Shown: positions 19,158 through 27,248 of the stretch, one piece after another
How positions within the stretch are numbered: the first letter of the stretch is position 1
How the letters are laid out: each line of letters opens with the position of its first letter
NCBI GenBank assembly: GCA_030654105.1
Contig: JAURYC010000276.1
Coordinates: forward strand, 1 to 34,435
Length of the DNA: 34,435 nucleotides
Direction: 5' to 3'
Origin: Deltaproteobacteria bacterium
GTDB taxonomy: Bacteria; Desulfobacterota; SM23-61
Notes under the pieces: model-generated
Databases searched by the model: none
Told to the model about the DNA's origin: nothing
What the model saw: only the letters and a program-made list of their open reading frames with translations
Program-made: the position numbers and the translations under genes

Positions 19158-19814
19158 TCAGCGAATATCAGAGGAGATACTCAAGGCTTTTTTCCCGGCC
19201 TGGATAATTTTGGCTATCTCAACCCCCCGGCGGACAGCTTCCTTGGCTGAAGATAAGCCAAATCCATCCTCCAGGACCATATGCCGAATTCCTTTGGTGG
19301 CCTTTCCTTTCCCGTCAAGGCTGGAGAGAACCAGCCCGCCGCGGCCTGCGGGGATCATGTTGAAAAGGGCAAAGGTACTGTTCAAAATGCTGAGGGTTGT
19401 TTCCAGTCCGCCATGGCGGAGGAAGGCCACGATCAAGGACACCCCTACTTTATCCTTCAGCTTTCCCCGGTGAGCGTTGCCATAAACAAACACGCGCAGG
19501 CGGTCAATCATGTTGGCCATCAATCCGGACATCCGGCCGATGTGTACGGGTGTGGCCAGAACGACCACATCGGACCTGGTCAAGGCAGGGTAGATGCTAT
19601 CCATCCCGTCGGAGATCACACAATATTTTTCCGGCGTTTGGTGCCGCAAACACCAATTGCAGTGCTGACATCCGGTAATAGCCAGTCCTGAGAGGTTGAA
19701 GATCGCCCTTTGGATTTCAGGATCAGAAGATGTAACATTAAGCGCCTCTGTTAAGAGGGCTTCGGTGTTGCCTTCCTTGACCGGACTTCCAGCCACTGCC
19801 AGGATTTGAATCAT
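19158..19814 (-). CDS. Iron-sulfur flavoprotein / NADPH-dependent FMN reductase family protein
   Basis: It has a flavodoxin-like N-terminus (ILAVAGSPVKEGNTE) and a Cys cluster GCQHCNWC...C. ATG 19814 sits behind AGGGGA, and a TTG at 19820 is also possible. Confidence 0.7.
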   Translation of the reverse strand: MIQILAVAGSPVKEGNTEALLTEALNVTSSDPEIQRAIFNLSGLAITGCQHCNWCLRHQTPEKYCVISDGMDSIYPALTRSDVVVLATPVHIGRMSGLMANMIDRLRVFVYGNAHRGKLKDKVGVSLIVAFLRHGGLETTLSILNSTFALFNMIPAGRGGLVLSSLDGKGKATKGIRHMVLEDGFGLSSAKEAVRRGVEIAKIIQAGKKALSISSDIR

Positions 19815-19877
19815 AATCAAATTCCCCTGCCTGAGTTTTTTCAGACCCTATCATGGATTCAAAGTGGAATCAAGTTT

Positions 19878-20046
19878 GATGGCTTCGTAAAAAGTCCATC
19901 TGTCCGCCTAAGGCGGGTTGCGCTGCATCCTTCGTCATTGCGGCGTACCTCTAAGTACGCCTCACTCCTCAGGATTTGCGCGTCTTGTCCGCCTAAGGCG
20001 GAGAGCTTTTTACTTTGCCATCCAAATTTTGACTTTTTACGAGTTC
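19878..20046. mobile_element. MITE-like palindromic element flanked by a 9-bp direct repeat
   Basis: ATCAAGTTT occurs at 19869-19877 and 20047-20055. The terminal inverted repeats include a perfect CGTAAAAAGTC (19886-19896) / GACTTTTTACG (20031-20041). Inside, TGTCCGCCTAAGGCGG occurs twice, around a central GCGTAC-ctctaa-GTACGC hairpin. Confidence 0.55.
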
Positions 20047-20062
20047 ATCAAGTTTCTGTTGG

Positions 20063-20098
20063 CAAAAAAATAGGGTGGAGTTTTTCCTCTCCACCCTA
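20063..20098 (-). terminator. Rho-independent terminator of the 20167-20466 gene
   Basis: A 10-bp stem TAGGGTGGAG/CTCCACCCTA (20071-20080 / 20089-20098) is followed on the minus strand by a run of 7 T (complement of 20064-20070). Confidence 0.75.
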
Positions 20099-20166
20099 TA
20101 AGAATTTTAGATAACTAAGAATCAGTCTTGGTTACGGATCCCCTTGGTTTGTTCCTTTCATGATCT

Positions 20167-20466
20167 CTATATAGGCCGATCGATCTTCAATTTCCTCGTA
20201 TCTTTGACCTTGCCGGTAGCCTTGTCTAAGATGGAAAAGACTCCATCCTTAATTTCAATCTTATCGCCAACCTCTATGCCCTTAACATCTTCCAGCTTGA
20301 CTATAATTTTTTCTCCCTTATCGACTTTTAAAATTACGGTTTGGCCTTCAACCTTGGCCACCGTGCCTTTAGCTTCTATTTTTTCCGCTCCCCCATAACT
20401 GAAGTTTACGAAGCTAAGAATAAAACCAATGGTTACGACGAGGGCCATGATTGTTTTTCTTTTCAT
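20167..20466 (-). CDS. Small exported hypothetical protein
   Basis: Start trimmed to ATG 20466 (MKRKTIMALVVTIGFILSFVNFSYG, signal-peptide-like). The mature part is Lys/Val/Glu-rich and beta-type. No family recognised. Confidence 0.5.
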   Translation of the reverse strand: MKRKTIMALVVTIGFILSFVNFSYGGAEKIEAKGTVAKVEGQTVILKVDKGEKIIVKLEDVKGIEVGDKIEIKDGVFSILDKATGKVKDTRKLKIDRPI

Positions 20467-20686
20467 AAGCATTTCCCCGGTTGTTGTAAGCGTTGGCAAG
20501 GTTGGGATCAAAGGTAATTGCCGTGGTGAATGCTTTTATGGCCTGATCGTATTCATGGTTGGATAAATACTCCAGCCCCTCTTTAACCCAGCTTTTGGCC
20601 TTGATTGTTTTTATTGAATCGGCTGCAGCCCCCCAAGATGGGAAAAGAAAAAGAGTCAGAATTAGCAACGCAATAAGTTTTTTCAT
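20414..20686 (-). CDS. Short exported TPR-repeat protein (possibly 3'-truncated)
   Basis: A signal peptide (MKKLIALLILTLFLFPSWGAAA) is followed by one full TPR and the start of a second (AYNNRGNAYEKK). The ORF then runs into the 5' end of the next gene. Confidence 0.45.
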   Translation of the reverse strand: MKKLIALLILTLFLFPSWGAAADSIKTIKAKSWVKEGLEYLSNHEYDQAIKAFTTAITFDPNLANAYNNRGNAYEKKNNHGPRRNHWFYS

Positions 20687-20831
20687 CTGCTCCCCCCTTC
20701 TTTCATTCCCAGAGCCTTCAGAAACTTAAATAAAAACAAAGCAATAACATGGATAGACCCTTTAAGAAAGTTTATAAGACTCAGGAAAGAATGTCAAGGA
20801 AGGAGAGAGAGAGAACCAGAATACGAAATTC

Positions 20832-20860
20832 TTGACTTCCCATCCGGAAAAAAATATATT
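20832..20860 (+). promoter_or_regulatory. Sigma70-like promoter for the acyl-CoA dehydrogenase gene
   Basis: TTGACT (20832-20837), a 17-nt spacer, then TATATT (20855-20860). Confidence 0.45.
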
Positions 20861-20917
20861 GAGTCATTCTTCCTGCATTCCACCTTGGCAAAAAGATTTA
20901 ACCGGCGAGGTGCAAAC

Positions 20918-22087
20918 ATGGCCCTGAACTTTGATCTTACCGAAGAGCAGAATTTAACCCGGCAGGCCGTTCGGGATTTTGCCGAAAAAGAAATTGCTCT
21001 CCTTGCTGATGAATTGGATGAAAAAGAGGAATTCTCCGTTGCCATCACCAAAAAGATGGGCGAGCTGGGTCTCTTGGGCTGCTTTGTGCCGGAGAAGTAC
21101 GGCGGCTCCAATATGGGGTATATTGCTTACATCATTGCCGTTGAGGAACTGGCCAGGGTAGACGGTTCCCAGGCCGCCACCATTGCTGCGGGGAATTCCC
21201 TTGGAATCGGGCCCGTTTATTATTTTGGGAACGAAAAGCAGAAAAAAGAGTGGCTTCCCAAACTTTGTGCGGGAAAGATGCTGGCTGCTTTCGGACTCAC
21301 GGAACCGAATGCCGGATCGGACGCAGGGGGTTCGCAGACCCGGGCTGAACTCCACGGAGACCAATGGGTGATCAACGGCTCCAAGATTTTCATCACCAAC
21401 TCGGCTAACTCGCTGACGGGTGTGGTCATCGTCCAGGCTATTACGGGGATGAAAGAGGATGGAAAACGGGAACTGAGTTGTTTGCTCGTGCCGAAAGATG
21501 CGCCGGGGTTCACGGCCCGGGAGATGAGAAAAAAAATGATGTGGCGGGCCTCCAATACCGGAGAACTTTTTTTCGAAGATTGCGTCGTCCCTCGGGAGAA
21601 CCTCTTAGGCCAAAAAGGAGACGGTTTTCACCAAATGCTCTCCACCCTGGACGGAGGACGGTTGTCCATCGGAGCCATGGGGCTGGGCGGGGCACAAGGG
21701 GCTTTTGAGATGGCCCTGCATTATGCCAATACCCGGGTACAATTTGGCCGCTCCATCGGTTCCTTCCAAGTCAATGCTTTCAAACTGGCGGACATGGCCC
21801 TGGAAATTGAACTGGCCAGGAACCTTCTCTACAAAACTTGTTGGCTGCGCGAGAAAAATCGTCCCTTTTCCAAAGAGGCGGCCATGGCCAAGTTATACTG
21901 CTCGGAAGTCATGTACCGATGCGTGAATCATGCCGTTCAGCTCCACGGGGGTTACGGGTTGATGAAAGAATATAAGATCGAACGTTTTTACCGCGATCAA
22001 AAGCTTTTGGAGATTGGAGAAGGAACTTCGGAGATTCAGAGAATCGTCATTGCCAGGAATATCGGGGTGGCCGGTCGGGCGCTTTAG
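20918..22087 (+). CDS. Acyl-CoA dehydrogenase (short/medium-chain type)
   Basis: Start trimmed to ATG 20918 (MALNFDLTEEQ) behind GAGGTG. ACAD motifs GLTEPNAGSD and the C-terminal IGEGTSEIQR are present. Confidence 0.9.
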   Translation: MALNFDLTEEQNLTRQAVRDFAEKEIALLADELDEKEEFSVAITKKMGELGLLGCFVPEKYGGSNMGYIAYIIAVEELARVDGSQAATIAAGNSLGIGPVYYFGNEKQKKEWLPKLCAGKMLAAFGLTEPNAGSDAGGSQTRAELHGDQWVINGSKIFITNSANSLTGVVIVQAITGMKEDGKRELSCLLVPKDAPGFTAREMRKKMMWRASNTGELFFEDCVVPRENLLGQKGDGFHQMLSTLDGGRLSIGAMGLGGAQGAFEMALHYANTRVQFGRSIGSFQVNAFKLADMALEIELARNLLYKTCWLREKNRPFSKEAAMAKLYCSEVMYRCVNHAVQLHGGYGLMKEYKIERFYRDQKLLEIGEGTSEIQRIVIARNIGVAGRAL

Positions 22088-22115
22088 CCCGCGGGTACCT
22101 GGCGGGGAGAAAATT

Positions 22116-22832
22116 ATGGAAAAAACAGGAAGAAAGAAGCTTGCGCAAAAACTGACCCAGAAGAAAGGGACGAAACGGCGGCAGGAGGAGATCTATGACC
22201 TGCTCACGGATCCATCCCACTTCAGGCAGGCTGGAGCTTCGGAAATTGCTACCGGAGTGAACGCGCAGAAGAAGGAAAACCTGGGAGACCGAATCCGGAA
22301 GGTTCGGGAAATGCGCGGCCTGACCCTCAAAGACATGAGCAGCCGGACCGGGATCAGTGTGGAAACCCTCAAGCGGGTGGAGTCCAATGAGACGATTCCT
22401 CCCTTGGGGGAACTGATTAAACTGGGAAAAGCCGTGGAGATGAAGATGGGTTATTTCATCTCCCCGGGAGTGGAAAAGCCCATGGCCGTGGTTCGCTCAG
22501 ATAGCCGGCCGGCCATCTCCCGTTTTGGCAAGGTGCGCAGCGAACAATATGGTTACTTTTACGAATCCCTGGCTCCGGAGAAGGCCAACCGCTTCATGGA
22601 ACCTTTCCTCATCACCATGGTGCCCAGCGAAGTGAAGGAACTTTCCAGCCATGACGGCCAGGAATTCATTTTTGTTTTGGAAGGAGAAATGAGGGCTCAG
22701 GTAGGGGAGCAGGTGGAAATTCTGCGGGCCGGGGACGCGGTGTACTACGATTCCAATTGCCCTCACCTGGTAAAGTGCGCCGGAAACAAACCCACCAAAA
22801 TTCTGGCCGTGCTCTATGCCGGATTAAAATAG
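22116..22832 (+). CDS. XRE-family HTH plus cupin-domain transcriptional regulator
   Basis: Start trimmed to ATG 22116. A basic N-terminal tail is followed by the HTH (LTLKDMSSRTGISVETLKRVESNE) and a C-terminal cupin (HDGQEFIFVLEGEM...GDAVYYDSNCPH). Confidence 0.8.
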   Translation: MEKTGRKKLAQKLTQKKGTKRRQEEIYDLLTDPSHFRQAGASEIATGVNAQKKENLGDRIRKVREMRGLTLKDMSSRTGISVETLKRVESNETIPPLGELIKLGKAVEMKMGYFISPGVEKPMAVVRSDSRPAISRFGKVRSEQYGYFYESLAPEKANRFMEPFLITMVPSEVKELSSHDGQEFIFVLEGEMRAQVGEQVEILRAGDAVYYDSNCPHLVKCAGNKPTKILAVLYAGLK

Positions 22833-22877
22833 TGTGAGTGTGAGTAAAAAAACCCGACACTGACACTGACACTTTTA
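22831..22877. terminator. Bidirectional hairpin built from tandem hexamers between convergent genes
   Basis: AGTGTGAGTGTGAGT (22831-22845) pairs with ACACTGACACTGACACT (22857-22873) at 13 of 15 positions, with two G-G mismatches. It is followed by TTTT and sits exactly between the two stop codons. Confidence 0.6.
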
Positions 22878-24695
22878 GTCTTTATACATCGCCTCGATCA
22901 GGTCTTTGAAGGCCTCGTTGATGTACTTGCGCTTGACCTTCATGGTCGGCGTCACTTCCCCGTCTTCCTCGTAAAGTTTTTTGGGGAGAATCGTAAATTT
23001 CTTGACCGTCTCGACGTTGGCCAGAGTTTTGTTCACCGTGTCTACTTCTTTCTGAATCAACTTTTGGACTTCGGGGTGCTGGGTCAGGGTGGCGTAGGTG
23101 GTGTACTGAATTTTATTATCCTGGGCGAATTTGACCACATTGTCCTCGTCGATGACGATGATGGCCACAAGATATTTCCGCCGGTCGCCGATGACCACCG
23201 CGTCATTGATATAAGGGCAGAACTTGAGCTGGTTTTCGATATTTTGCGGGGCGATATTTTTTCCGCCGGCCGTGATGATCAAGTCCTTCTTGCGGTCGGT
23301 AATTCGCAGGAAACCCTCCGAGTCGAATTCCCCCACATCTCCGGAATGCAACCAGCCATTCTTCAGGGTTGCCGCCGTGGCTTGGGGGTCTTTGAAATAC
23401 CCTCGGAAGACGTTTCCGCCGCGGAAACAAATCTCTCCATCCTCGGCGACCTTTACTTCCACTCCCGGGAGGGGTTGGCCCACTGTTCCAATTTTTACCC
23501 GATCCCCCTGATTGGCGCAGGTAACGCCGGTCCCTTCGGTCTGGCCGTAGCCTTCGCGTAGGGGGATGCCAATCCCCTGGAAAAAGCGGAGTACATCGGG
23601 GGAGATGGGAGCGGCCCCGGAGAAGGCCAAACGCACCCGGTCGAAGCCCAGGCGTTCCTTCAATTTCCGAAAGGTCGAGAAGTAAGCCAGGGCATAGACC
23701 AGGCGCAGCCAGGGGGAGATGTGTCGGTGGTTGGTCTTGAGTAAGGCGTATTTTTTCCCGACCCCCAGGCTAATATGGAAGATGAGACGTTTGAGCCAGG
23801 TTGCATCCGCCATCTGGATCATGATCCCGGAATAATACTTCTCCCAGATCCGGGGGACGCCGTAGGCCACGGTCGGGGAAACCTCCCTCATGTTTTCGAT
23901 AACCGTGTCCGTATTCTCGATGAAATTGACGATCGCTCCGTATTTAATGTTCATGAAGATGGTAAAGAGCTGTTCGAAAATATGACAGAGGGGCAGGAAA
24001 GAAAGGAACTCATCTTGCTCCTCGACCGGGTTGCCCTCGTACATGGCCTGAGCCATCCAGGTAATATTTCCATGGGTGAGCATGGCTCCCTTGGGCGGGC
24101 CGGTGGTCCCCGAGGTGTAGATCAAACGGGCTAAATCATCCGACTTCACCTGGGACCAATGTCTGGCAAAAAGGGTGGGGTCCTGTTTTTCCTGGGCCTG
24201 TCCCAGGGCCAAAAAGTCTTCGAAACTCATCACCATGGGGTCCTTGAAGTGCTTCAACCCTTTGAGATCCCAGACGATGATCTTCTCGAGCCGGGGAACT
24301 TTATCCCGGAAGCGCAGGGCCTTGTCCAACTGCTCTTCATTTTCGACAAAGTAGAAGCGGGATTCCGAATGGTCCACAACATACTGACATTGTTCCCAGC
24401 TATTCGTGGCGTACACTCCGACGGTCGTGCCCCCCGCATGCATCGTTCCCAGGTCGACGTAAACCCATTCCGGACAGTTTTCGCCGATGACCGAGACACA
24501 CTCTCCATCTTGAATTCCCAGAGAAACCAGGGCCAGGCAAACTTCTTTTACCTTTTGGTGGTATTGGTTCCAGGTCACATCATGCCAGATGCCCAGTTTC
24601 TTGTAACGAAGGGCCACCTGGTTTCCCGACAACTGGATACGGGACTGAAACATCTCGGGGACAGTTTTACCTTCGGCAATTCTTCCTACTTCCAT
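22875..24695 (-). CDS. Long-chain-fatty-acid--CoA ligase (AMP-forming acyl-CoA synthetase)
   Basis: The AMP-binding motif YTSGTTGPPKG and a GYGQTE motif are present. ATG 24695 sits behind GAGGAAAGGGG; the track ORF starts 2 codons earlier at a TTG. Confidence 0.85.
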   Translation of the reverse strand: MEVGRIAEGKTVPEMFQSRIQLSGNQVALRYKKLGIWHDVTWNQYHQKVKEVCLALVSLGIQDGECVSVIGENCPEWVYVDLGTMHAGGTTVGVYATNSWEQCQYVVDHSESRFYFVENEEQLDKALRFRDKVPRLEKIIVWDLKGLKHFKDPMVMSFEDFLALGQAQEKQDPTLFARHWSQVKSDDLARLIYTSGTTGPPKGAMLTHGNITWMAQAMYEGNPVEEQDEFLSFLPLCHIFEQLFTIFMNIKYGAIVNFIENTDTVIENMREVSPTVAYGVPRIWEKYYSGIMIQMADATWLKRLIFHISLGVGKKYALLKTNHRHISPWLRLVYALAYFSTFRKLKERLGFDRVRLAFSGAAPISPDVLRFFQGIGIPLREGYGQTEGTGVTCANQGDRVKIGTVGQPLPGVEVKVAEDGEICFRGGNVFRGYFKDPQATAATLKNGWLHSGDVGEFDSEGFLRITDRKKDLIITAGGKNIAPQNIENQLKFCPYINDAVVIGDRRKYLVAIIVIDEDNVVKFAQDNKIQYTTYATLTQHPEVQKLIQKEVDTVNKTLANVETVKKFTILPKKLYEEDGEVTPTMKVKRKYINEAFKDLIEAMYKD

Positions 24696-24775
24696 AGACA
24701 AACCCCTTTCCTCACTTTACTTTCAGCTCTTGGCCGAGGATCCAGCAGGAATACTCCTAGCCTTTTTGTCTTCCG

Positions 24776-25237
24776 CTACTTAAGGGGCCCTTTAAATTTC
24801 CTTTCCCGGGGACTGAATTGGATGGTGAAATTTTCAAAGACAATTTCGATAAATCCTTGGTCGTTCAAAAAAAGTTTCTTTCCTTTGGGTAAGCGGAAAT
24901 GTTTCGTCACCCACTGCCCGGGGGAGATGGGGTAACCCGCGGTTTCGATGTCCTTGTAAATCTTGGGTTCCTGGTAGGCCCGGATGGCTTTGACCTTTAA
25001 GACCTCAGAGCTGGCTCTTTCGTTCTTGATTTTTACCTTGAGGGAAGATATCTGAATCGAATTTTTTCTTAATTTGCCAGGCCCTGATACCTGAATTTCC
25101 AATTTGAGGGTATAAGGGCCTTCGCGGATTATTTTCGTCTCGGCAATAGAGAAGGCTTGAAGATCGGAGGAAAAGCTGATCTGCAAAAGGAAAAGGAGCC
25201 CTAAGGCAAAAAAGGCATTTTTTAGGAGTCGAACCAT
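24776..25237 (-). CDS. Exported hypothetical protein
   Basis: Start trimmed to ATG 25237 behind AAGGGAGA. It has the signal peptide MVRLLKNAFFALGLLFLLQISFS. No recognisable domain, and GC is lower than in the neighbours. Confidence 0.5.
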   Translation of the reverse strand: MVRLLKNAFFALGLLFLLQISFSSDLQAFSIAETKIIREGPYTLKLEIQVSGPGKLRKNSIQISSLKVKIKNERASSEVLKVKAIRAYQEPKIYKDIETAGYPISPGQWVTKHFRLPKGKKLFLNDQGFIEIVFENFTIQFSPRERKFKGPLK

Positions 25238-25321
25238 GATTTCTCCCTTGATAAGACATCGGTCTTCATCGGTGGTCAACCTCCCGGGTATGAATGGATT
25301 ATGGAAAATTATCGGCAAATG

Positions 25322-26332
25322 TCAAGCAGGATTTTTCTTATTTTCCAGATCCGGGCCAAGGGAAGCGAGCAGATTCTTGCATCCTTTAAGGTGAAGATGA
25401 GGCTGCTCGATGGTAAGCACAGTATCCGGGGGAACGCTTTGGGTAATCCAAACATTTCCTCCAATGACCGACCTGGCGCCGATGACCGTGGGGCCGAGGA
25501 TTGTAGCATTGGAATAAATGGTAACGTCGTCCTCTATGGTTGGATGGCGTTTGACCCCGCGGATCAGGTTTCCTTGAAAATCCGTAGGAAAACTGAGTGC
25601 CCCCAAAGTTACTCCTTGATAAATCTTTACCCGGTCTCCGATTTCGGTGGTTTCTCCAATCACCACTCCGGTCCCATGATCGATGAAAAAATATTTTCCG
25701 ATTTTTGCTCCCGGGTGGATGTCGATGCCTGCGGCCCCATGGGCGTATTCGGTCATAATGCGCGGAAGCAAAGGGACCTCCTGAATGTGAAGCTCATGGG
25801 CCATGCGGTAAACCATAACGGCCAGGATGCAGGGATAGCTGAAGATGATCTCGTCCAAGCTTTTAGCGGCTGGATCTCCGTCGTAAGCAGCCTGCACGTC
25901 TCCAGCCAGAGTTTTCCGCAGGGCAGGTATTTTCTTCAAGAAGTCCAGGGCTTCCTTTTGGCCACGTTCTAAGCAATGCGTGCAAGGATTATCGAGGCGT
26001 CGGCATTCATGGCGGATCGACCGGGCGATCTGAGTGGCCAATTTTTCGAAAAGGCGGTTGACCACGTTGCCGATATGGTAAGACAGAGAAAAGGCGTGAA
26101 TTTCCTGTTGGCGGAAATAACCGGGGAAAAGAATATCCTTGAGTTCTTCAAGAATCTCGATCACGGATTCTTTCGAGGGAATCATGATAGTGTCGTAATG
26201 GGCAATGGCGCGTTCTTTGGTGCAGCTCTCCACGATTTCACCGATCACCTGGGGGAGCTGGCTGCGGTATTTCTGCGTGAATTCAATGTCTACCTGGCAT
26301 TGATCACCCATTAGGGGAACCTTTTCTTCCAT
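25322..26332 (-). CDS. cysE: Serine O-acetyltransferase, long (EpsC-like) form
   Basis: 336 aa. An extended helical N-terminal domain is followed by left-handed beta-helix hexapeptide repeats (IHPGAKIGKYFFIDHGTGVVIGETTEIGDRVKIYQGVTLG). AAGGAG SD. Confidence 0.8.
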   Translation of the reverse strand: MEEKVPLMGDQCQVDIEFTQKYRSQLPQVIGEIVESCTKERAIAHYDTIMIPSKESVIEILEELKDILFPGYFRQQEIHAFSLSYHIGNVVNRLFEKLATQIARSIRHECRRLDNPCTHCLERGQKEALDFLKKIPALRKTLAGDVQAAYDGDPAAKSLDEIIFSYPCILAVMVYRMAHELHIQEVPLLPRIMTEYAHGAAGIDIHPGAKIGKYFFIDHGTGVVIGETTEIGDRVKIYQGVTLGALSFPTDFQGNLIRGVKRHPTIEDDVTIYSNATILGPTVIGARSVIGGNVWITQSVPPDTVLTIEQPHLHLKGCKNLLASLGPDLENKKNPA

Positions 26333-26415
26333 GATTAAACGCTTCTCCTTTTCCTTCTTTCCTCGAGTCTGCAGGACGGTTTAAGCTTCTCTTCCTTGAC
26401 CTTTGAACCCTTCCT

Positions 26416-27240
26416 TTAACTCAGCTCTTCACCGGTAGTTTTTCGATAGGGGCGCATTTGAAAAAGGATGAGGAAGAGTAATCCCGATACCGCAACGATC
26501 GTTCCGGAGGCTGGCCAGTCAAGATAGAAGGCCATAATCAGTCCAGCAAGGGCTGAAATCCCGGCCAGTGACGCTGAAACCACCAGGGCTTCTTTGAAGC
26601 TTCTGGCCACCTGGAGAGCTGCGGCTGCCGGAATGACCAGGAGGGCGGAAACCAATAAAATCCCCACCACTTTCATTCCCAAGACCACGGTCACCGCTGT
26701 CAGCATAGCCATTAATGAATCCAGGCGGCGGACCCGCACCCCCGAGACTTTGGCCGATTCGGAATCAAAAGTGATATAAACAAATTCTTGATAAAAAAGG
26801 GCTATGGTAAATAATACAACCAGAGCCAGGATAAGGGCAACCCACACCTCTTCCGGGTCAATGGCCAGGACGCTCCCGAAGAGGTAACCGAAAAGATCCA
26901 CGTTGAAACTGCCAGCCAGGCTGACCAGGATGATTCCCAGAGCCATTCCCAGACTGCTGATGATCCCAATGGCCGTATCCCCATGAAGCCCGGCCCGTTC
27001 TTTCAATTTCAGAATTCCCAGGGCCGAAACGACCGCAACTCCCAGGGCTACTAAAATCGGAGAAAGGTATAAAAAAAGGCCCAGGGCTACACCTCCGAAA
27101 GTAACGTGGGCCAGGCCGTGTCCAATCATTGCATCCCGCCTGAGGACCAGGAATACTCCGAGGATGGCGCAGGTGAGAGAAATCAAAAACCCGGCCAGCA
27201 AGGCCCTTTGCATGAAAGCGTATGCCAAAAAGTTTTCCAT
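26416..27240 (-). CDS. znuB: Metal (Zn/Mn) ABC transporter permease, ZnuB/TroCD family
   Basis: 274-aa polytopic membrane ORF of the ABC-3 type, directly downstream of the ATPase gene. Confidence 0.8.
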   Translation of the reverse strand: MENFLAYAFMQRALLAGFLISLTCAILGVFLVLRRDAMIGHGLAHVTFGGVALGLFLYLSPILVALGVAVVSALGILKLKERAGLHGDTAIGIISSLGMALGIILVSLAGSFNVDLFGYLFGSVLAIDPEEVWVALILALVVLFTIALFYQEFVYITFDSESAKVSGVRVRRLDSLMAMLTAVTVVLGMKVVGILLVSALLVIPAAAALQVARSFKEALVVSASLAGISALAGLIMAFYLDWPASGTIVAVSGLLFLILFQMRPYRKTTGEELS

Positions 27241-27248
27241 CTATACCC

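Noticed and set aside
19806-20114. 102-aa plus-strand ORF
   Set aside because: It reads straight through the MITE-like element and the terminator hairpin, so it is a translation of structured repeat DNA.
22831-22873. Possible CRISPR-like or microsatellite array (hexamer tandem repeats)
   Set aside because: There are only 2-3 hexamer copies per arm, no spacers and no cas genes. The geometry is that of a hairpin between convergent genes.
24159-24935. 258-aa plus-strand ORF
   Set aside because: It is antisense to the acyl-CoA synthetase, whose AMP-binding motifs sit on the minus strand. It also runs across an intergenic gap.
25301-25972. 223-aa plus-strand ORF
   Set aside because: It is antisense to the serine acetyltransferase, whose hexapeptide repeats are unambiguous on the minus strand.
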